Shown: positions 18,134-27,538 of the stretch, in pieces | Numbering within the stretch: position 1 is the first letter of the stretch | How the letters are laid out: each line of letters starts with the position of its first letter | From: Bacteriovoracaceae bacterium | Lineage (GTDB): Bacteria > Bdellovibrionota > Bacteriovoracia > Bacteriovoracales > Bacteriovoracaceae | Direction: 5' to 3' | Assembly (NCBI GenBank): GCA_048270185.1 | Contig: JBLWTJ010000002.1 | Location: 1 to 64,000, forward strand | Length of the DNA stretch: 64,000 bases | Translations under genes and position numbers: made by a program | Notes under the pieces: model-generated | Told to the model about the DNA's origin: nothing | Seen by the model: the letters and a program-made list of their open reading frames with translations, nothing else | Databases searched by the model: none

Positions 18134-19362
18134 TGAAAAACATATATATAAAATCCTTCAATCAACTACAAAACATCCATATAAACTTTATTAGATATAT
18201 CAATAGCAATGATGATAGTGAAACTAATATTAAAATTGGAGTTATGGTATTTATCATTTATATGATGGTGCTACAATTTATTTACTGTGCAAGCATTGGA
18301 CTCTTTGTTGAAGTCATTGTGACAGGAATTACACTTTTGGCTCACGCCATAACAATTTATCTCTATCGAAATCAAAAGATTAAGCTCGACATGGTATTTC
18401 ATGTTACTTGTTTTTGTACTTCTGGTGTAATTCTCGTTTGTAATATGGATAATAATTTTCAAGTTAATCCGACTTATATCTTTCTAATTTCAACACCATT
18501 TAGCGCCATACCAATGCTTGGAATAAAAAGGGGTATAGCTTGGTCGATCTATTCAATCTTAGTTAGTTTGGTACTAATGATTACTGGAATGTACTATGAT
18601 TATGGCTTTCATTTAAGAACCATCGAACAGAGTACAAATCTTTGGTTATCAAATGCTGTTACTGCCCCATTTATTGTTATCTGTATTTCCAGTTTTACAA
18701 TATGGCAAAAAGATATTTATACAAAGAAGCTCCTAGAACAAAAAGAAGAGCTCAAAGAAATGGCCAAGGAAAAGAAAAGAATCCTCAATATGATGTTTCA
18801 TGACCTTGGACGAAACTCATCACTCTTGTCAGGATATCTTGAAATGTCTAGTCAAGATAACTTCACAAAAGATGATCTTAATAAGCTCTCAAAGCATACA
18901 AATGAAATTAAAACAATTCTAATCAATGCAAAGTCACTTGATGAATATACTCCAGGAACGGAACAAGCAAAGATTAATATTTATGATTTATACCAGGAAC
19001 TAAAGTCCTTATATGAAGAAAGATTAAACAATAAGAAGCTTCAATTTATTTTTAGAGGACCTAAACGCCAAACTATAATTCATAATATAAATCATATAAA
19101 AACTCATATATTAAGTAACCTACTCTCCAATGCTATTAAATTCTCTACCCCTGAGAATGCAATTATATTCGAGGTTTCAAATAATACTATTTCAATTATT
19201 AACTATGGAATTCCCTTTAAAGAAGTACAGCGACCTGGGACACTAAATGAAGAAGGTAGCGGCCTTGGCCTAAAGATTGTTCGTGATTTCTGTAAGAAAA
19301 ATGATATTTCGTTTAGAATTACAAGTAATGCAGATGAGACACAGGCGATGATTACTTTCTAG
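18133..19362 (+). CDS. Multi-TM sensor histidine kinase, degenerate G1 box
   Basis: MFHDLGRNS, NLLSNAIKFS, INYGIP instead of DNGxG, GSGLGL. Confidence 0.82.
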   Translation: MKNIYIKSFNQLQNIHINFIRYINSNDDSETNIKIGVMVFIIYMMVLQFIYCASIGLFVEVIVTGITLLAHAITIYLYRNQKIKLDMVFHVTCFCTSGVILVCNMDNNFQVNPTYIFLISTPFSAIPMLGIKRGIAWSIYSILVSLVLMITGMYYDYGFHLRTIEQSTNLWLSNAVTAPFIVICISSFTIWQKDIYTKKLLEQKEELKEMAKEKKRILNMMFHDLGRNSSLLSGYLEMSSQDNFTKDDLNKLSKHTNEIKTILINAKSLDEYTPGTEQAKINIYDLYQELKSLYEERLNNKKLQFIFRGPKRQTIIHNINHIKTHILSNLLSNAIKFSTPENAIIFEVSNNTISIINYGIPFKEVQRPGTLNEEGSGLGLKIVRDFCKKNDISFRITSNADETQAMITF

Positions 19363-19394
19363 AGTTAAATTCCTACCTATGCTATAACTAGAGC

Positions 19395-20294
19395 ATGACA
19401 AAAAAACTTCACCCAAGAAATATTCACGACAAGGGCTATGACTTTAAGGCCCTTACAATTGGTCACCCACCTCTAAAAGACTTTGTTAAAGAGAATCAAT
19501 ATGGAGATTTAAGTATTAATTACTCTAGTGCAGATGCCATTCTTTGTCTTAACCAGGCATTACTTTCTCTACACTATCAAGTAACGAACTGGAGCCTTCC
19601 CAAAGGAAATCTATGTCCTCCAATACCAGGAAGAGCTGACTATATTCACTACATAGCAGATCTAATAAGTGAAAATGAAAAAACACTTGTTGGGCCAAAA
19701 GTTAAAGGTCTGGATATTGGAACTGGGGCCAGTTGCATTTATCCAATCCTTGGAAACTCGATCTATGGTTGGAAGTTTGTTGCCAGTGATATTAATTCAG
19801 ATTCTGTTAATCACGCAAATACTCTCCTACGTGGATCACCAAAACTTAAGAAAAACATTAAAGTACGTTTTCAAAAATCAACGAATCATATTTTTAAAGA
19901 TCTAATCAAATCGGATGAGAAGTTTACATTTACAATGTGTAATCCTCCATTTTATTCATCACAAGAAGAGGCCAATAAGGCCCGTGCTCAAAAGCTAAAA
20001 AACCTTAATGCTAATAAAGCTAAGAAAGGCCATAAGGCCAATGCTAAAGCTAATTTTGGAGGTCTTCAAAATGAGCTATGGTGTGAAGGTGGTGAACTTA
20101 TTTTCATCAAGAATATGATTAAAGAGAGTGTTGAATTTAAAGAGCAGTGTACTTGGTTTACAACACTAGTTTCTAATAAGGACAATATTGAAATCCTAGA
20201 GATGGAGTTGGTAAAAGCAGGAGCAGCCCAAGTTGAAATCATTGAAATGATTAATGGCAGTAAGATCGCGCATATCCTAGCGTGGAAGTTCTAG
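19395..20294 (+). CDS. rlmF: 23S rRNA m6A1618 methyltransferase
   Basis: LHPRN.H, LCPPIPGRADYIH, DIGTGASCIYP, MCNPPF, ELWCEGGE. Confidence 0.95.
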   Translation: MTKKLHPRNIHDKGYDFKALTIGHPPLKDFVKENQYGDLSINYSSADAILCLNQALLSLHYQVTNWSLPKGNLCPPIPGRADYIHYIADLISENEKTLVGPKVKGLDIGTGASCIYPILGNSIYGWKFVASDINSDSVNHANTLLRGSPKLKKNIKVRFQKSTNHIFKDLIKSDEKFTFTMCNPPFYSSQEEANKARAQKLKNLNANKAKKGHKANAKANFGGLQNELWCEGGELIFIKNMIKESVEFKEQCTWFTTLVSNKDNIEILEMELVKAGAAQVEIIEMINGSKIAHILAWKF

Positions 20295-20650
20295 TATTCA
20301 GTATATTTCTTTGCTGAACCCTTAGCTTTTTCTACAGGATATTTCTGTGCGTTCTTTTTAATTTTTCTATGAACGGCATCTTCGATATCAACGCCTGACT
20401 TAATAGCAATTCTCATAAGGTAGACAAAGATATCTGCAATCTCTTCTTCGACCTTTATTCTTAATTCAGGATTATTTGCGACGTCATTTGACTCATCTTC
20501 CTTTAACCATTGAAAGATCTCCACGAGTTCGGAAGCCTCAACACTTAGGGCCATCGATAAATTCTTAATCGAATGAAATTGATCCCAGTCACGCTCTTTT
20601 ATAAATGATTCAACTTCGTTATTTATTTTTTCAACATTAATACTATTCAT
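20291..20650 (-). CDS. MazG-like nucleotide pyrophosphohydrolase
   Basis: ERDWDQFHS.KNL.MALSVEASEL.EIFQW; EEIAD; KN..KYP. Confidence 0.9.
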   Translation of the reverse strand: MNSINVEKINNEVESFIKERDWDQFHSIKNLSMALSVEASELVEIFQWLKEDESNDVANNPELRIKVEEEIADIFVYLMRIAIKSGVDIEDAVHRKIKKNAQKYPVEKAKGSAKKYTEY

Positions 20651-20683
20651 AGATGCATCTATTATCTAATAGACTAAAATGCG

Positions 20684-21166
20684 ATGTCTAGGAGTAAATC
20701 TGCTGCATTATCAAATAAACGATCAATTGCACTTGAACAAAAGGAATCACAAAATTGCGAAGATTGGTTAGAAAAAAGTTATAAGCTTAACCGAACAAAG
20801 AAAGTGACCAGAACTAACAAAGTTTTTGATTACCCAAGTTCGTGCCAATGGAATCCAAAGGATAAATTTAAGAATGCAAGTGGGCTATTTCTAGGTAAAG
20901 TTCAAAAAGCACAGGCCCACGTTTATGGAAGGCTAAGAAAAGAGTTACAAGAAAAAGTCATTATGAACTCTAGACTCATTAAAGAAACAGAGGAATTTGA
21001 TATATATGAATTTAAGAATACAGATAAAGATGAGCTTCTAAGAGAGATGATGAAATGGACAAATCTCTTTGAGATTATATCTCCAGCTTCTCTTCTTGAC
21101 TATTATATCGATAGTCTCGAACAGACACTTGCTCTACAAAAAAAGAGAAAATTGAATATCGCCTAA
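20684..21166 (+). pseudogene. 5'-truncated WYL/WCX transcriptional regulator fragment
   Basis: YKLNR (WYL end), F.NASGLF, ELLREMMKW....EIISP..L (WCX); no HTH or N-terminal WYL. Confidence 0.55.
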
Positions 21167-22485
21167 TCTTGTGGAAGAAAATTAAATCGATCAAGGGCAC
21201 TTGGCATACGCTTAATCTTATCAAGATTAGCAACTAGATACTTAGAATCTTTGCTAATTTCAAGGTCTGCAATAGTCCCTTTAATTTGATGTATTTGATT
21301 AACTAAATTGGCAAAGCGCTCTCCTGAAAGTTTTGGAGTGGCAATCATTCTCTTATTTAATGGGTTCATCCAACGTCCGCGAGAGTCTTTAAATCCAAAA
21401 TGTAAATGTGGGCCAGTTACACGACCTGTTGCTCCAACGGTTCCAATAACTTGGTGAGATCTAACCCAAGCTCCAACCCCAACACTACGACGATTTAAGT
21501 GATAGTAAAATGACGTTGATCCATCTCTGTGTCTGATAGCAATCTTATTTCCAGCAAACTCATTATAAGTCGACATAATGACTTTCCCGGCAGCAACGGC
21601 GTGAACCTTCTCTCCACTATGACCTCTTAAATCAACACCACGGTGCATGGCACGTCTTCCTGTCACAGGGTGCATACGCCAACCATAATTTGAACGTACG
21701 TGTAATCGAGGTAATGGATATCTTAGTCCTGAATTGATTAAGGCCTGTCCATTTGGTGTATAGTGGGCCGTATAAGTCGAACTCTTTTCAGCATCTTCAT
21801 AGAAGAATGCTTCATGACTTCCCGCTCTTACGCCACTATAAGAAGTAAACATGACTTTCGTTTGAACTGTTTTCTTTGCATGCTTTCTTTCACTTAAGAG
21901 AACTTTATAGTGATCTCCTGCTCGAGCATTCATTCTGAAATTTACTTTACAAAGAAGTACATTGATAACTTCATTGACTACTGATCTTTCAAGGCCCATT
22001 GCCAGAAGATCATCTTGTAGAGTTGAACCAGACTTAAGCTGACCTTCAATCATTCGAGGCTGCCAGTAAGTTTTTAATTCTTTTAAACTATAGTCCCACT
22101 TCTTAGTATCTTCATTTAAAGAGACAATATGAGTTTCGTATTCATTCTGAGAAAAAGCGAATTTGATAAGATTATTCTTTTCGTCATAAGTCGCTTCAAG
22201 GCTGTCTCCAACTTTAAGCTTTGAAAACTCAACCTCATCGCGAAGTTGGTTAATTAGTTTAAGTGCTTGCTTATTATCAATATCAATACTCTTTAAGGCT
22301 TGATAAAGACCTTGTCCTCTTTTTACTTTTCCGGTTTTTACAATATGTGGGTGAAGTAATGGGCTATTGAAAACCATATCTGTATGCGCCTCAACATTTT
22401 GAGAACGATAGACTTGTTGGCAGCTCGAAAGGCCACTTAATAGAATTAAACTAATTAATAATTTCGACATCTTACCTTTAAGCAT
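21163..22485 (-). CDS. M23 family peptidoglycan DD-endopeptidase lipoprotein (MepM-like)
   Basis: Lipobox LSSC; RMHPVTG...HRGVD; GRVTGPHLHF. Confidence 0.9.
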   Translation of the reverse strand: MLKGKMSKLLISLILLSGLSSCQQVYRSQNVEAHTDMVFNSPLLHPHIVKTGKVKRGQGLYQALKSIDIDNKQALKLINQLRDEVEFSKLKVGDSLEATYDEKNNLIKFAFSQNEYETHIVSLNEDTKKWDYSLKELKTYWQPRMIEGQLKSGSTLQDDLLAMGLERSVVNEVINVLLCKVNFRMNARAGDHYKVLLSERKHAKKTVQTKVMFTSYSGVRAGSHEAFFYEDAEKSSTYTAHYTPNGQALINSGLRYPLPRLHVRSNYGWRMHPVTGRRAMHRGVDLRGHSGEKVHAVAAGKVIMSTYNEFAGNKIAIRHRDGSTSFYYHLNRRSVGVGAWVRSHQVIGTVGATGRVTGPHLHFGFKDSRGRWMNPLNKRMIATPKLSGERFANLVNQIHQIKGTIADLEISKDSKYLVANLDKIKRMPSALDRFNFLPQD

Positions 22486-22492
22486 AACAAAC

Positions 22493-22520
22493 TTATCGGC
22501 TTTTTAAACGAAAATCTTGA
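22493..22520 (-). promoter_or_regulatory. Putative sigma28 promoter
   Basis: TCAAG-N15-GCCGATAA on the minus strand. Confidence 0.7.
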
Positions 22521-22537
22521 AGAAAACACAACAAACT

Positions 22538-23041
22538 CTAGCTAATTTTTGATAGAACAGCTTCAATAAACTTACTCTTAGCTTCTTCGTAAATCCCGAA
22601 GTCACCAGGGTAATTCTGAACAACACCAAGTTTTGTCTTCTTATACTCCTCAGCAATGATATTTTCGGCATTCAGGTAATCTCTAAAGTCTAAGATATCA
22701 CTAATCTTATCATCACCTTTTTTAAGGATACGGACACTAGTTAGAACTCTTCCCTCTTCAGGGCCCTTGCGTTCAAAATAAAACTCATTCTCATTATTTG
22801 ATATAAGAGAGAAGCCTTTTATAGAGAATTCATTGCGAAAGAACTCAATTCCCTCAAGAGTATGAACAATACAAAGAATATCAAGTGTCGGTCTTGCTAT
22901 AGTATTTGGAATAGCGGTTGAACCAATATGTTCACAACCAAGAAGGTTACTTCTTAGAAGTGATGCTAAGGTCTCACTTTCTTTAGTAAAGACTTGTAAC
23001 CAAAATTCATTGTAAGGGACTAATTCGATCGCTTTTTTCAT
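22538..23041 (-). CDS. GrpB family protein
   Basis: EHIGSTAIP..IARP.LDI; FRDYL; Y...K..FI. Confidence 0.85.
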   Translation of the reverse strand: MKKAIELVPYNEFWLQVFTKESETLASLLRSNLLGCEHIGSTAIPNTIARPTLDILCIVHTLEGIEFFRNEFSIKGFSLISNNENEFYFERKGPEEGRVLTSVRILKKGDDKISDILDFRDYLNAENIIAEEYKKTKLGVVQNYPGDFGIYEEAKSKFIEAVLSKIS

Positions 23042-23071
23042 AGCGTTAATCTAGCATAAAAATTTTTAAAT

Positions 23072-23746
23072 TTATAGCTCATCCGTTTCAAAAAGAACGG
23101 CCGTGACAGGTGACTCAGAGGCTCCTTCAAGGTTTAGCGGAAAGCAATTAATGAAATACTCCCCTTCAGGAACTTGATTAAGATTTATATTCTCAAGAAT
23201 TAGGGCCTTCTTAAATAATTCATTATGAATTGGTCTCTCAGTTGAGCCAGGCATAAAGTCAGATGATTTCCACGATGTCCCAAAGAGATTGAATCCTTCA
23301 AGGCTTGTTAAGTACTGAGCTGCTTCAAGAGATAGCGTTAAGACTAAATCAGGATTGTGATAACCAAATTCATTTTCTTCTACATGATCAAATGAGATGA
23401 GAACTTTTGAAATATTATTATATGATGAAAGCTTGTGTTTTATTTCTTCAGCGCTAACTACTCGGTGAGCAATCTTTGTATTTTCAAATTTAATCACAAC
23501 ACATTTTCCAAAGAAGTGATTAGGGTTTGTTGCAAAGTATTCGTTAATACTTCTTCCCTCTTTTTGGGTATGCTTTGGTGTTTCGATATGACAAAGACTA
23601 TGAGGCTTTAGAATATGCTTATCGTAATTAACAGGAGGAAGCTTTCCTTCTTCGATTGAGTAGAGATTTTCTCTCTCATAAGCGCTTCCTTCAAGCCATT
23701 GGCCTGAAGTTGCGAGTTTAATTTCCGGTGAAATAATATATGGCAT
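23072..23746 (-). CDS. Cyclase / kynurenine formamidase family metallohydrolase
   Basis: HSLCHIETPKH (variant of HxxxHxDxPxH); ILEN.NL; PL.LEGASESP. Confidence 0.75.
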   Translation of the reverse strand: MPYIISPEIKLATSGQWLEGSAYERENLYSIEEGKLPPVNYDKHILKPHSLCHIETPKHTQKEGRSINEYFATNPNHFFGKCVVIKFENTKIAHRVVSAEEIKHKLSSYNNISKVLISFDHVEENEFGYHNPDLVLTLSLEAAQYLTSLEGFNLFGTSWKSSDFMPGSTERPIHNELFKKALILENINLNQVPEGEYFINCFPLNLEGASESPVTAVLFETDEL

Positions 23747-23754
23747 GGATACTC

Positions 23755-24930
23755 CTAAATTGAATCCAAGAATGGAAAGTCACTTCCCTCTTCAAGGCAG
23801 TCAATTAAATAAAGAGCAAGTCCTAACTCTCCAGTAAAAAGAGTGGAGCGTCCATTTCTTTGCCCTAGAGCATGCATGGCAAAGGAGCGAGCACGCTCAA
23901 GCCACTTCTCGTCATGTGTTCTCTTGTATAGTTGTAGGAAAGCATAACCATTTCCATCAGTTCCATGGCAAAGAGCAACTCCCTTATTAAGAGGCCCAGC
24001 TTGCCAAATAAGCTCTCCTGACTTTAAAAGACATTCATCGATGAATTCATCCTTAGGGTGCTTTGTCAAAGATGTCACAACACCAGGGGCCCCATGGCAC
24101 CACTGAGTGAGTTGTTTAACCTGTGGCAGCTTTGGCATAAGAACTTCGAAGTTCATCATGCCATCTTCTTCAATTGATAATTCTTTAATAACTCTCTTAA
24201 TATGATTTAAAAGGTAGTCACGATCTTCAGGAGATAAGAATTTGATCTCTTTAAAAATTCCATAAATATTTCCAAAATAACCATGGCCCGCTCCAACATA
24301 GCGAAGCTCTTTACCATACATATTCTGTTGCCAAATAAGCTCACCTTTGGACTCTTCTTCTTTAAGTTTATCAATAAGATATCTGGCATTTTCGAGAAAA
24401 AGCTCAGACCAATGCTCATCTTTGGTACGTCGATACATATGAGAAGCCGCAATCATTGTCCCTGGAGCCCCCCAAAGAGCTTCAAGTGTTTCGTTTTCAA
24501 TATTGGCCTTAACAAGTTCAAAGATCTTATCTTCGACTTTCTTAGATGGATTAAATTTATATTGAACAAGGAGAATTCCAACTTCTCCTAAGAAAAGAGA
24601 TGGAACGACTTCCTTGGTATCTGGCTCACGAAGATAGTCTTCATGAATTTGGTCAATTAAATCGACTTTATTAAATGGAAGGTGACGATCGAGATACTTA
24701 GCAATTTTATCTAGCGCCCAGAGAGTTCCAGTGGCCCCATAGTACATTGTCTTATTGCTTTCAATATCGGCATCTTCGTTTGCATCAGCAATCCAATATT
24801 TTTTAGCGTCAAAGCTCTTTAGTGTGTCATCGTAAATTGATTTAATCACTTTACGAACTTCATCCTTATTCCACTTTGCACTCGTCAATGTCTCATGCTT
24901 TGTTGGCTCAAATAACATCTTCTCCCCCAT
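23755..24930 (-). CDS. Stand-alone LanC-like (LanCL) protein
   Basis: GAGHG, QWCHGAPG, LCHGTDGNG; start ambiguous (24939, 24930 or 24918). Confidence 0.85.
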   Translation of the reverse strand: MGEKMLFEPTKHETLTSAKWNKDEVRKVIKSIYDDTLKSFDAKKYWIADANEDADIESNKTMYYGATGTLWALDKIAKYLDRHLPFNKVDLIDQIHEDYLREPDTKEVVPSLFLGEVGILLVQYKFNPSKKVEDKIFELVKANIENETLEALWGAPGTMIAASHMYRRTKDEHWSELFLENARYLIDKLKEEESKGELIWQQNMYGKELRYVGAGHGYFGNIYGIFKEIKFLSPEDRDYLLNHIKRVIKELSIEEDGMMNFEVLMPKLPQVKQLTQWCHGAPGVVTSLTKHPKDEFIDECLLKSGELIWQAGPLNKGVALCHGTDGNGYAFLQLYKRTHDEKWLERARSFAMHALGQRNGRSTLFTGELGLALYLIDCLEEGSDFPFLDSI

Positions 24931-25013
24931 ACCTCTCATTCTACCTCTAGGGAGGCGACATTTCGATAATTATGTCGTAAACTTCATGCAAAATTGATCA
25001 AATTGGGGCCCAT

Positions 25014-26747
25014 ATGGACAAGAATATAACAGAAAAACTAACGCAAATCGTTAATAACATGCCATCTGACTGGTTACGTCTAACGACACACCGACTTGAT
25101 ATTTATAATGAGTCACTTGCTAAAGTTGAATTCCTAGAAAAGCTTGAAGAAGGTCTTGACCTTGAAAGCCTTCCAACAGCATTTGATTATATTCGTCTTG
25201 GCCACCCACTTTCATGTGTCCTAGAGTGGGCCGTTGCTAAAAGCTCAAACTTAAATGCTGAAAGTGTTATTTCATTTTCATCTCAAGTAATGCCGATTCT
25301 TGCTATTCTTAGAGCAAATAAATTTAAAGGAGTGCGAACTCAAATTGTAAGTGACGCTCCACTATCTGATTTATTTCAATCAGTATATCAATACGACTTT
25401 GTTCAAAATCAAACAATGGTTGAAGACTTTGATGGTACAACGATTGTCATTAATGGAAGCCACAAAGCTGATATCAATGTAGCAACGTACGAAGGTCTTG
25501 GAAGTATCATTATAGTTAATGATAACAATGCTGACTTTATCAAAGAAATTCAGCACGTCAGACGTCGAGAGTCAATTGCCATGACTCCACAAGACTGTCT
25601 GACAGTTATTAACTCACTTCTTGGAAAAGAGAGTCGAGCAGAAAAACCAGCAGACCAAGCAGCTCTAACAAAAACAATTCAAGATATCACTAGTTCTAAA
25701 AGCATCGTGGCCTTAAGTAATTGTGGCCTTAGTGCACAGTACGCCATCATGATGGCCCAAGTTCACTACGCCAATGATCACTATGCTGGTAAGGATATTA
25801 AATTCATCGTTCCACCAAATTGCTATGGCGGTACAAATGATCAAGCAAGACGTGTCGCTGCTTGTATCGATAATGTTGAGATCATTGATCTTCCAGTAGA
25901 TAGTGGAAAAGATATGGTAACTGAGCTTGAGCGTATTCTAACAGATGTTGCTCATGCTGATGCTGTACCGTATATCATTGGAGAAATTCCAACTAACCCT
26001 CGTGTTGAAATCCCAGATTTAATAAAGCTTCGAGAAACACTTAAAAAGCCTCGTCAAACAAAAGATGGTGCAACAGCAGTTGAAGCAATCTTTAATCTCG
26101 ATCAAACATTTTGCCCGAACGTAAAGTTCTTTGGTGAAAATGGATACCTTAATGATGTGAAGGTTATCTCTTATGTTAGTGGTTCAAAATTCCCAAGCGG
26201 TGGACTTTGTACAGCAGGTTATGCAGTGGCCAGTGAGAGTGCTAAAGAGATAATGAGCTATGTGGAAAATCATTTAGAACTTTGTGATAACACGGCCACA
26301 AATCTTCAAATGACAATTCTTACTCGTGAAATGCCGGCCATGAATGAACGTATAGCTAAGGCCTATGCCAATACTCGTGGTTTTGTCGATTATATTCAAG
26401 AGTATCTTCCAAAAGCAAAGATCAACTTTGTCTCTCCTGAATTAGCTCAAGCAACTTTTACTCCATCAGTTTTCTCTCTGGATCTTCCAGCAGATAATGA
26501 AGAACATAAGAGAGAGCTTAATCATAAGCTAATTCGCATGATGATTGATGCTATTCCTGAAGAAAGTAAACACTGTGTAAGTTACGGGCAACTCAAAGGT
26601 TGTTACTGGACAGTGCCAGCAACTTCAACGCAGGGAACGACGAAGGAAAGTGACAAAGACTATATTGTTCGTGTCTCAGTTGCTGCTGACTTTGATCTGG
26701 CCAAACACCAAGAAGTCTTTAAGAGATTTGTGGAAGCTTCATACTAA
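25014..26747 (+). CDS. Cys/Met-metabolism PLP-dependent enzyme with N-terminal extension
   Basis: YIRLGHP, CYGGT, EIPTNP, DQTF, SGSKFPSGG, RVSV. Confidence 0.75.
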   Translation: MDKNITEKLTQIVNNMPSDWLRLTTHRLDIYNESLAKVEFLEKLEEGLDLESLPTAFDYIRLGHPLSCVLEWAVAKSSNLNAESVISFSSQVMPILAILRANKFKGVRTQIVSDAPLSDLFQSVYQYDFVQNQTMVEDFDGTTIVINGSHKADINVATYEGLGSIIIVNDNNADFIKEIQHVRRRESIAMTPQDCLTVINSLLGKESRAEKPADQAALTKTIQDITSSKSIVALSNCGLSAQYAIMMAQVHYANDHYAGKDIKFIVPPNCYGGTNDQARRVAACIDNVEIIDLPVDSGKDMVTELERILTDVAHADAVPYIIGEIPTNPRVEIPDLIKLRETLKKPRQTKDGATAVEAIFNLDQTFCPNVKFFGENGYLNDVKVISYVSGSKFPSGGLCTAGYAVASESAKEIMSYVENHLELCDNTATNLQMTILTREMPAMNERIAKAYANTRGFVDYIQEYLPKAKINFVSPELAQATFTPSVFSLDLPADNEEHKRELNHKLIRMMIDAIPEESKHCVSYGQLKGCYWTVPATSTQGTTKESDKDYIVRVSVAADFDLAKHQEVFKRFVEASY

Positions 26748-26811
26748 AGCGCCTCAATTCTCACATCAACATTAAGGAGACTATTACCTCATAAGACTTA
26801 GAATCATGAAA

Positions 26812-26836
26812 GTTAAGTTATTTTAATTAACTTAAC
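26812..26836. promoter_or_regulatory. Palindromic putative operator upstream of the cupin gene
   Basis: GTTAAGTTA-N7-TAACTTAAC. Confidence 0.4.
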
Positions 26837-26881
26837 CATAGTTAAGATTAAGGACTCAAAATATTTGCTTAATATCTTTCT

Positions 26882-27463
26882 ATGAAAAATATCATCTTAC
26901 TAATTCTTCTTATTTCTTGTGCTAGTAATTCCAGTACAGAGAACCCATCACATAAACGTTCATATGAACCCAAAATATCAATACTTGGCCAAGGAGCAAA
27001 GGTCCCCTTTTCTCCAGGTCATGAAATGATCATGCATATTAGTCGTGAAGATTTACCTTCTCACCTGACCCTAACCGAAGTCCAACTTGCACCGAAGTCA
27101 ATGGGAGCTCCGCCTCACATTCACAAAAAAGAAGATGAGATTTTTATTGTGCTAGAAGGTACGGTCCATTTTCTTAACGACGATAAAGAAGTTGTAGCAA
27201 AGAAAGGATCCGTGGCCTCTCTTCCACGTGGGCACTTTCATGGATTTTGGAATCCGACAGCAAAACCTGCTCGCCTTGCTCTCCTGATTGCTCCAGGACA
27301 TTTTGAAAAATTTTTCTATGCAGTTGAAGAAGCGCTCAAAGAGAGAGCACCCAAGAGTCCTCAAGAGTTTGGTGCCATTATTACAGAACTCGCAGGAGAT
27401 AATGAAGTCACAATAGATATGACTAAACTGCCAGACTCAGGAAAGAGATTACTCCCGAACTAG
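26882..27463 (+). CDS. Cupin domain lipoprotein (quercetinase-like)
   Basis: Lipobox LISC; PPHIH..EDE.F.VLEG; PRGHFHGF. Confidence 0.8.
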   Translation: MKNIILLILLISCASNSSTENPSHKRSYEPKISILGQGAKVPFSPGHEMIMHISREDLPSHLTLTEVQLAPKSMGAPPHIHKKEDEIFIVLEGTVHFLNDDKEVVAKKGSVASLPRGHFHGFWNPTAKPARLALLIAPGHFEKFFYAVEEALKERAPKSPQEFGAIITELAGDNEVTIDMTKLPDSGKRLLPN

Positions 27464-27538
27464 CATGATAAGTCTCTGAAATTATATTAATATTTTTCAA
27501 TTTTAGACATAATGCAATAATTGAGATACTTAGTAACC

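Noticed and set aside
22471..22480. GGTAAG upstream of the M23 internal ATG as another operator half-site
   Set aside because: No partner half-site; better explained as a ribosome-binding site
23755..24939. Lanthipeptide biosynthetic cluster
   Set aside because: No dehydratase, precursor peptide or transporter near the LanC-like gene
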